Origin: Eledone cirrhosa | Lineage: Eukaryota | Assembly (NCBI GenBank): GCA_964016885.1 | Contig: OZ024747.1 | Coordinates: forward strand, 70,928,001-70,992,000 | DNA length: 64,000 nt | Reading direction: 5' to 3' | In this document: positions 56,225-64,000 of the stretch, piece after piece | Layout: each line of letters opens with the position of its first letter | Position numbering within the stretch: the stretch's first letter is position 1 | The notes under the pieces: generated by a model | The model's database searches: none | What the model was told of the DNA's origin: nothing | What the model saw: only the letters and a program-made list of their open reading frames with translations | Made by a program: the position numbers and the translations under genes

Positions 56225-56430
56225 ATTAATCAGGTACAAGGCCAGCTTTTTGTAGGGGGTGTTATTATAACTGAGTTATTGAAAACCCAATGAAATGATT
56301 TACTGACACTTATTTTATCAACCTCAAGCAGAAAGGTGTCATAGGCGACACTTAAACTCAAAGCTACAAAGTGATGAAATTAAATGGTATAAGGCATTTA
56401 GTCTGGTGCTCTATTGTTTCTATCAATTCA
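56225..56430 (-). mobile_element. Diverged SINE family 1
   Basis: GGTACAAGGCCAGC..TTATTTTATCAACC..TTAAACTCA. Confidence 0.5.
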
Positions 56431-56583
56431 TTGCCTTCAATGTTTAATGTATTATTAATAAACTTTCAATAATGATTGTCACCGCTCTGCGAGCAATTAG
56501 ATGATTTTAATTAATTCTATTAACATCAACACCAACATCACCAACACTACCACCATCACTACTTTCACGATTCTCATCATCAT

Positions 56584-56614
<31 letters not shown>

Positions 56615-56786
56615 AGCATCAACATCGTAGTCGGTGTCCCTGTCGTCGCCGTCGCCAATTGCGTTGGCATTTTGACATCAATCGAAAGCTCTGGCCTGAC
56701 GTTTAATATTCTAGACTTCTTCGAGTTCCAACTTCACCTCCGCCTTTCATTTTTATACATCATCTAGCAAACCTGTATTAAGCTAT

Positions 56787-56879
<93 letters not shown>

Positions 56880-57456
56880 CATATATATACATATATATAT
56901 ATATACACACATATATATTTATATATCTATGACATGCCTAGGACTAAATAGGTATTCTAGTATTTTTTTATGTGAATCTTCTGTTTTCTGTTCAACAATA
57001 TATTTAAATTGGATGTTAAATGAAACTCTTATATATATATAAATATTTTCTAACTTTTTAGCGAACAAATTAGAAACTCGAAACGATATAGTTCTGATTG
57101 CGTCAAATTCGGATATAAATAAATAAATAAATAAATAAATAATATGAATGCCCAGTGTTTCTGGGGTGAAATTGTGCAATACCTAATGCTTAATTAGTCT
57201 AGGTTTTGCAAACACTTCGACACGTTAGCAGAAAAAACGGTGATCTCTCGTTTCGTTGTGTTTTGTATTGTTTCAGCTTGGCATCTGAAAAGAGGATATA
57301 GCCCCAAGTTCTCATGGAGTAAAACATTACTTTGTCTTGTTTCATTTGTCATCATTTATCCTTCTTATTTTTCTATCGCATTGTACCGCCTTTAAAAAAT
57401 ATTATCGATTTTACTACATATCACACAATGCATCGTATTAACTATACTTATATATG

Positions 57457-57561
<105 letters not shown>

Positions 57562-57995
57562 ATTGGAAACTTAGTAAAATCGAATCTCTGGCGGTTTGCA
57601 AGCAAATTCGGCCTACTTATATGAAATGATGAGTTAGCAAAGCACTCGATAAGGTAGGTCCTTAGAGTAATAACATACGTTTAAATAGCTTGACAAATCG
57701 AACATTGTGGTAGGCAAAATCTAACACACAATAATATACCAAAGTAACGATAGAACTAACAGGTTGAGAAAAATACACCTCGACAAATCAAAGGATTATA
57801 CGTTTAAAGTGTTTCTTTGAATACGAAATCAAATATCAGACTTACGTGACAAGCAAGCTCGTGGTATTCATGATCGAACAGAGGATTCAGTTCTTCAACA
57901 GGTTTTCGTTCTACCAAGGACGTGGTGATAGGCTAAATGTTGCCGCTAGTTGCAGCGTATCGTATCTATAGCTGTCACGTGTTAATTCCAGCATG

Positions 57996-58029
<34 letters not shown>

Positions 58030-58095
58030 GCCAGGTGGTGCTATTAGGTTAGACATGGCCTGGGCCAGTATTGGCCGAAACCTATCAAAGTGAAA

Positions 58096-58166
<71 letters not shown>

Positions 58167-58175
58167 ATATATATA

Positions 58176-58503
58176 TATTGTTATACTTTGGGAGGGTCAT
58201 GTTGCCAATAAGAAACACACGCACCAGTTGCTTTCACTTCAATTTATTATAATAAATTTATAATTTTAGGAATTTATAAATTTCCGGTTGGTTGGTTGGT
58301 TCCACAACCAGATGATTGTTTATATATTGTCAAAGTTCTTTCGTCACACATTCTGTGACCTCTTCAGTGACTGGGGATTCTTTTCTTTGTTTTTGTGCTT
58401 CTCCTTTGTTCTGTCCTACGCCATCTTGTTTTTCTTGTTTTTCTTGTTTTTCAACACACGTTTTCAGATAAAAAATCTTGCTAAACAAATTCAGAAACGA
58501 AAT
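58176..58503. mobile_element. Family B two-ended terminal insertion
   Basis: Minus arm matches 17931-~18200, with the hammerhead at ~58328-58371; plus arm 58449-58503 is the reverse complement of the 17873-17927 tail. Confidence 0.85.
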
Positions 58504-58527
58504 ATATATATATATAGAGAGAGAGAG

Positions 58528-58629
<102 letters not shown>

Positions 58630-59338
58630 ATGTATGTATATATTTACTCCATCTATATACGACTTACGTCCAAACGAACATATATTTTATTAGTGATTGT
58701 ATATTCTGTCTCTTTTACCTTCTCTTTCTCACTTCACCTTCCGTGCATACTTTCTCTTCTTGGCTAATTTGTTGGGCTTTGTCTTTATTCTTCTTTCGGG
58801 TTGAAGCATATTGGGGTAAAGCCAATTTGATTTGATTTCTAAATAGTCGAAATAAGTATTGTCTTGTGTTCATTTGCTACTGTTCCATGTTCAAGGAAGC
58901 TAGTGGTATAGGCCTAAAAGCATTGAACAGGACCTCCTGAGGTAGAGTGATGAAAAGGAACCGTACAGTGTCTCATGCGTTTTCCCGTTATCTTCGCTCA
59001 ACATTTTTATTCATTTTATAAGATTTTGGCTACGCAAGACATTTTTTTTAATTTCCGCTGGTGTTTCGCTCTCTCTCTCTCTCTCTCTCTGAGTGGAAAC
59101 AATGATGAGTATTGATATACATGGGACATGAATCCACATCATTGCTCCGGCAAATAAAATATTTAGGTTCGAGTCCCATGTACGTCAATTCTCATTCATT
59201 TTTCCATTCAGAGGGTTTTTTAGAATCCCAACCAACAGACTAATTTTATGTAGTCAAATAGAGCATAAACACATGTTAGTACCTAATTTTCAAACTCGCT
59301 AGCCGTTTGTAAACAAAGCCTGTGTGTGTCTCCCTATA

Positions 59339-59856
<518 letters not shown>

Positions 59857-59883
59857 ATATATATATGTATACATGTATATATA

Positions 59884-59933
<50 letters not shown>

Positions 59934-59950
59934 TGTGTGTGTGTGTCTGT

Positions 59951-59993
<43 letters not shown>

Positions 59994-60010
59994 TGTGTGT
60001 GTGTGTCTGT

Positions 60011-60051
<41 letters not shown>

Positions 60052-60987
60052 TGTGTGTGGGGGGGGGGGCTGTAGTATATGATGGGCTCAAATGCAGATG
60101 GAACTCGGATCTCGTAGTTCAGAAGCAACATTCTTATAAACACGGTCATGTTTCCGCCTATCTATATATGTGTGCGCATATATTAACATATGCATTTACA
60201 GATAATATTTTATAGTAATTCAAAAGGAAAGGGAAAAGAAAAGAATAAGAATATACTAGTGCAAAAAGGGTAAAGTAATGGGAGGAGAATATTAGTGATT
60301 CAGTCTGATGAGAAATAACATACTAGCATGCATAGTGAGTAACTAATAGATGTATTGGTAGATACCATGTTTAACGGGATCGAGCTGATAAAGCGGAAGG
60401 GAATTGAGTGGTTGAGTGAACTTGGGTCGGTGGGGAGATGAGGAAAAGTAGATGAAGATATAGAAGAGATGATATTCAGAGAGATATTGGAATGAAATAG
60501 AGAATATGGTTGTGGGTGGGGTGTAATCATGTATTTACAAGAGCGAAAAAAAAGAAGAGAAAATCTGAGGAGGAAAGGACTTATTCATAACAAATGAAAT
60601 CAAACGAGAGAAACGCCCAGTACCAGTATATTCACATACACTTCTTACACATACACACAGACACTCATAGACATATACAAATAAAAACGCTCACACAAAT
60701 ATTTATTTATGTATTCATTTATTTACACACATATATAAACAGAAACACAAAAACGAAGGATAGTCATAGAGATTTATAGATGTTTATATATATTATATAT
60801 ATAATGTATGTATCTATATGTATATATGTTATATTTAATGTATGTATCTATATGTATATATGTTATATATAATGTATGTATCTATATGTATATATGTTAT
60901 ATATAATATATGTATCTATATGTATGTATCTATATCTATATGTATATATATATATATATGTATATGTGTGTGTGTGTATATATATAT

Positions 60988-61024
<37 letters not shown>

Positions 61025-61189
61025 AATGTAAGTATACATACGTACACACACATGAAATAATTATTTTATTTTGTTTATTACATAACTATATATATATATA
61101 TACATATATACATATATACATATATATATATATATGTATATATATGTATATATATATATATATATACATATATACATATATACATATAT

Positions 61190-61220
<31 letters not shown>

Positions 61221-61222
<2 letters not shown>

Positions 61223-61544
61223 CATATGTACGTATGGTTTATATCGAACATTGATAATAATGTTCGATTCGTTTGTAAACAAATTCGCTCGGTATGCAAA
61301 TGAGGCTACTCAGCCGATGTGTGCTTAAGAAAATATTATATATTTTCAACCTTTCAACAGACTAGCAGAGGTATACAGTCCAGTTGAAGGGTAATGACCC
61401 AGAAACATGTTGATTGTTCCTCAAAGCCAGTATTGAACCAACAGGTGACGATCAGTCACCGGTACATCTTCAAAGCGGGCCGTTTCTTTACAAATGAATC
61501 GAACATTATTATTAATGTTCGATATAACCCATACGTACATATGT
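61221..61544. mobile_element. Element with ~57-bp terminal inverted repeats in TA-rich DNA (MITE-like or two-ended)
   Basis: TACATATGTACGTATGG..TCGAACATT..AATGTTCGATTC.TTTGTAA mirrored at ~61488-61544. Confidence 0.65.
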
Positions 61545-61690
61545 ATATGTATATATTTGTTTGTATGTAAATATATATATATGTGTGTGTATATGTGTGT
61601 GTATATTCTTACATTTATCTATCAATTGTGTCAGGGTGAGAAATAAAATTATGAAATTATAATTTTACAGATACATATATATATATATAA

Positions 61691-61729
<39 letters not shown>

Positions 61730-61740
61730 TATATATATAT

Positions 61741-61801
<61 letters not shown>

Positions 61802-62143
61802 TGTGACAAGAGTCATATAATAAGAAGTACGAGAGAAAAGGCATGATATTGCATAGATAGCAGTGAGGGTAATGTGGATGTTTGACATACTGAGAGAGAG
61901 ATGTGTATGAGTTGTAATGAATCATTGGAATAGGAGATAGCTTAGTATATAACGTGTGACTGAAATATATATAGATCAACTGATGAATTAAGAGCCATGT
62001 AGACGGGAAAGAGTGAGAGAGAGAGGGATGAAGGAAAGAGAGAAAGGTAAAATGATTGGAGTAAAGTGGGACCGATGGGGAGACAGAAATGGACAAATAT
62101 TAACCTTCACATAGTTGTGAGTTTCATTATTTTATTAGCTCAA

Positions 62144-62334
62144 GGGCGGTGGATTGGCTGTATCGGTAGAGGGTTGGACGCCATGCTTTCCAACATAGTT
62201 ATGTCCCCTTATGATATAAGTTCAAATCCCGCCGAGGTTGACTTTACCTTTCATCCTTACGGGGTCGATAAAATAAAGTACCAGTAATGCACTGGGTAAT
62301 TGCTGGCCTTGTGCCTAAAGTAGAAACAATTATT
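62144..62334 (+). mobile_element. Near full-length SINE family 1
   Basis: GGCGGTGGATTGGC start, GTTCAAATCCCGCCGAGG, GGGGTCGATAAAATAAAGTACCAGT, AT-rich tail. Confidence 0.85.
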
Positions 62335-62521
62335 TTATTGTAAAATATAATAAGCACAATAGACTGAGAGGGAGAGAGGAAGAGAGTGTGAGTTGAGAAA
62401 AGTTGATTTTTTAAATGACTTAAGAATGTTTGTGTTCTTTAAAGAATTTAAGGGAAGAACGAGCTAATTTGATGTCCTCTGTCTCTCTCTCTCCACACAT
62501 TCTCTCTCACACATACAAAGA

Positions 62522-62618
<97 letters not shown>

Positions 62619-62875
62619 CATTACATTCAAAGTTATAGATGTCATAATCTCGAACATGCGTCTTGTCTTCCAAAATAAGCTCCAAGTAGAATTCTTAGAA
62701 TAAATCCGAGCTTTTAATCATTACAAAATAGTGAATGTCATATATACATGTATATATATCTAATGATATAAATGTACATTAGAATATATCAAACTTTAAC
62801 AGGAGACAATCTGTATAGACTGCAAGAATACATATTTCGTTACAGTATCATATTAAAATCTAACAAAAATTTTAA

Positions 62876-63224
<349 letters not shown>

Positions 63225-64000
63225 ATATATATATATGTGTGTGTGTGTGTGTTAAGGTATCGATACATTTTAAATGTATAACGATCATGATTCTCAAGGA
63301 AGACGCTGAATGAACCTTAGTTCAGAGCATCAATTATACAAGTTTAAAAGGTAAATGTAGAGAGAAAAAGGCATATATCTTTTGAATAACACATATCACT
63401 CTTTACACATATGTAAATCAAATAATATGTGGCAGGAAAAATATATATACTATATATATATATATATATATACAAATAAGTATGTTTTGAAAAAGCGAGC
63501 AAGTTTAATTTAGAAATAGGTTTCGCCGTGTTTTTGACTCAAGAAATTTTAGCCTGATTGTGGGGTTTAGAACCCTCAAAGAAATGGAAAAAGAAAAGTA
63601 TTGACGTGCATGTACGTCAATACTCATCTGTTTCCTTACATATATATACTAGGATCATTACAGGATTACTGGATATACGAACAATCATGTAAGCAGATAA
63701 ATTAATTTTTTGCATAAGAGAAGCCCTCTAATTTATGAGGATTTCTGATTTATGGATGCGATTAAACATGAGAATGTTTTAATAATTTATTTTTCATATA
63801 TAATTGCATAAATGCAAAATATCTGTACAAATGACGTATAGGATTAAATATATCAGAAGGTTTGGTGAAAGAACTATTAACAGAGATAAACGTACGGTTA
63901 AAATACAGGATCTTATCGTATAAATGTAAGAAATGCCTTGTATGAATATATATTTATATATATATATATATACATATGTATATATATATATATATATATA

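Overview
AT-rich eukaryotic DNA packed with microsatellites. The SINE and microsatellite landscape resembles an octopus/cephalopod genome (inference). No host protein-coding gene is recognisable. The window is dominated by Penelope-like elements (PLEs, RT + GIY-YIG) of two coding families (A at 82-2652, B at 17873-22352), several non-coding PLE-like termini, tRNA-type SINEs, and Helitron and mariner remnants. The main feature is a 5.9-kb array of an almost invariant 310-bp unit (2906-8766). Each unit carries a type I hammerhead ribozyme with a palindromic stem III in a highly base-paired monomer, as expected for a non-LTR retrozyme/circRNA. The array inverts once, at the ribozyme core. About seven unrelated families, including this retrozyme, share one insertion architecture: two divergent 3' ends, one long and one ~35-100 nt shorter, both fused to (TA)n, usually with a hammerhead near the inversion. 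This suggests a (TA)n-targeting PLE machinery that mobilises a set of ribozyme-bearing RNAs.
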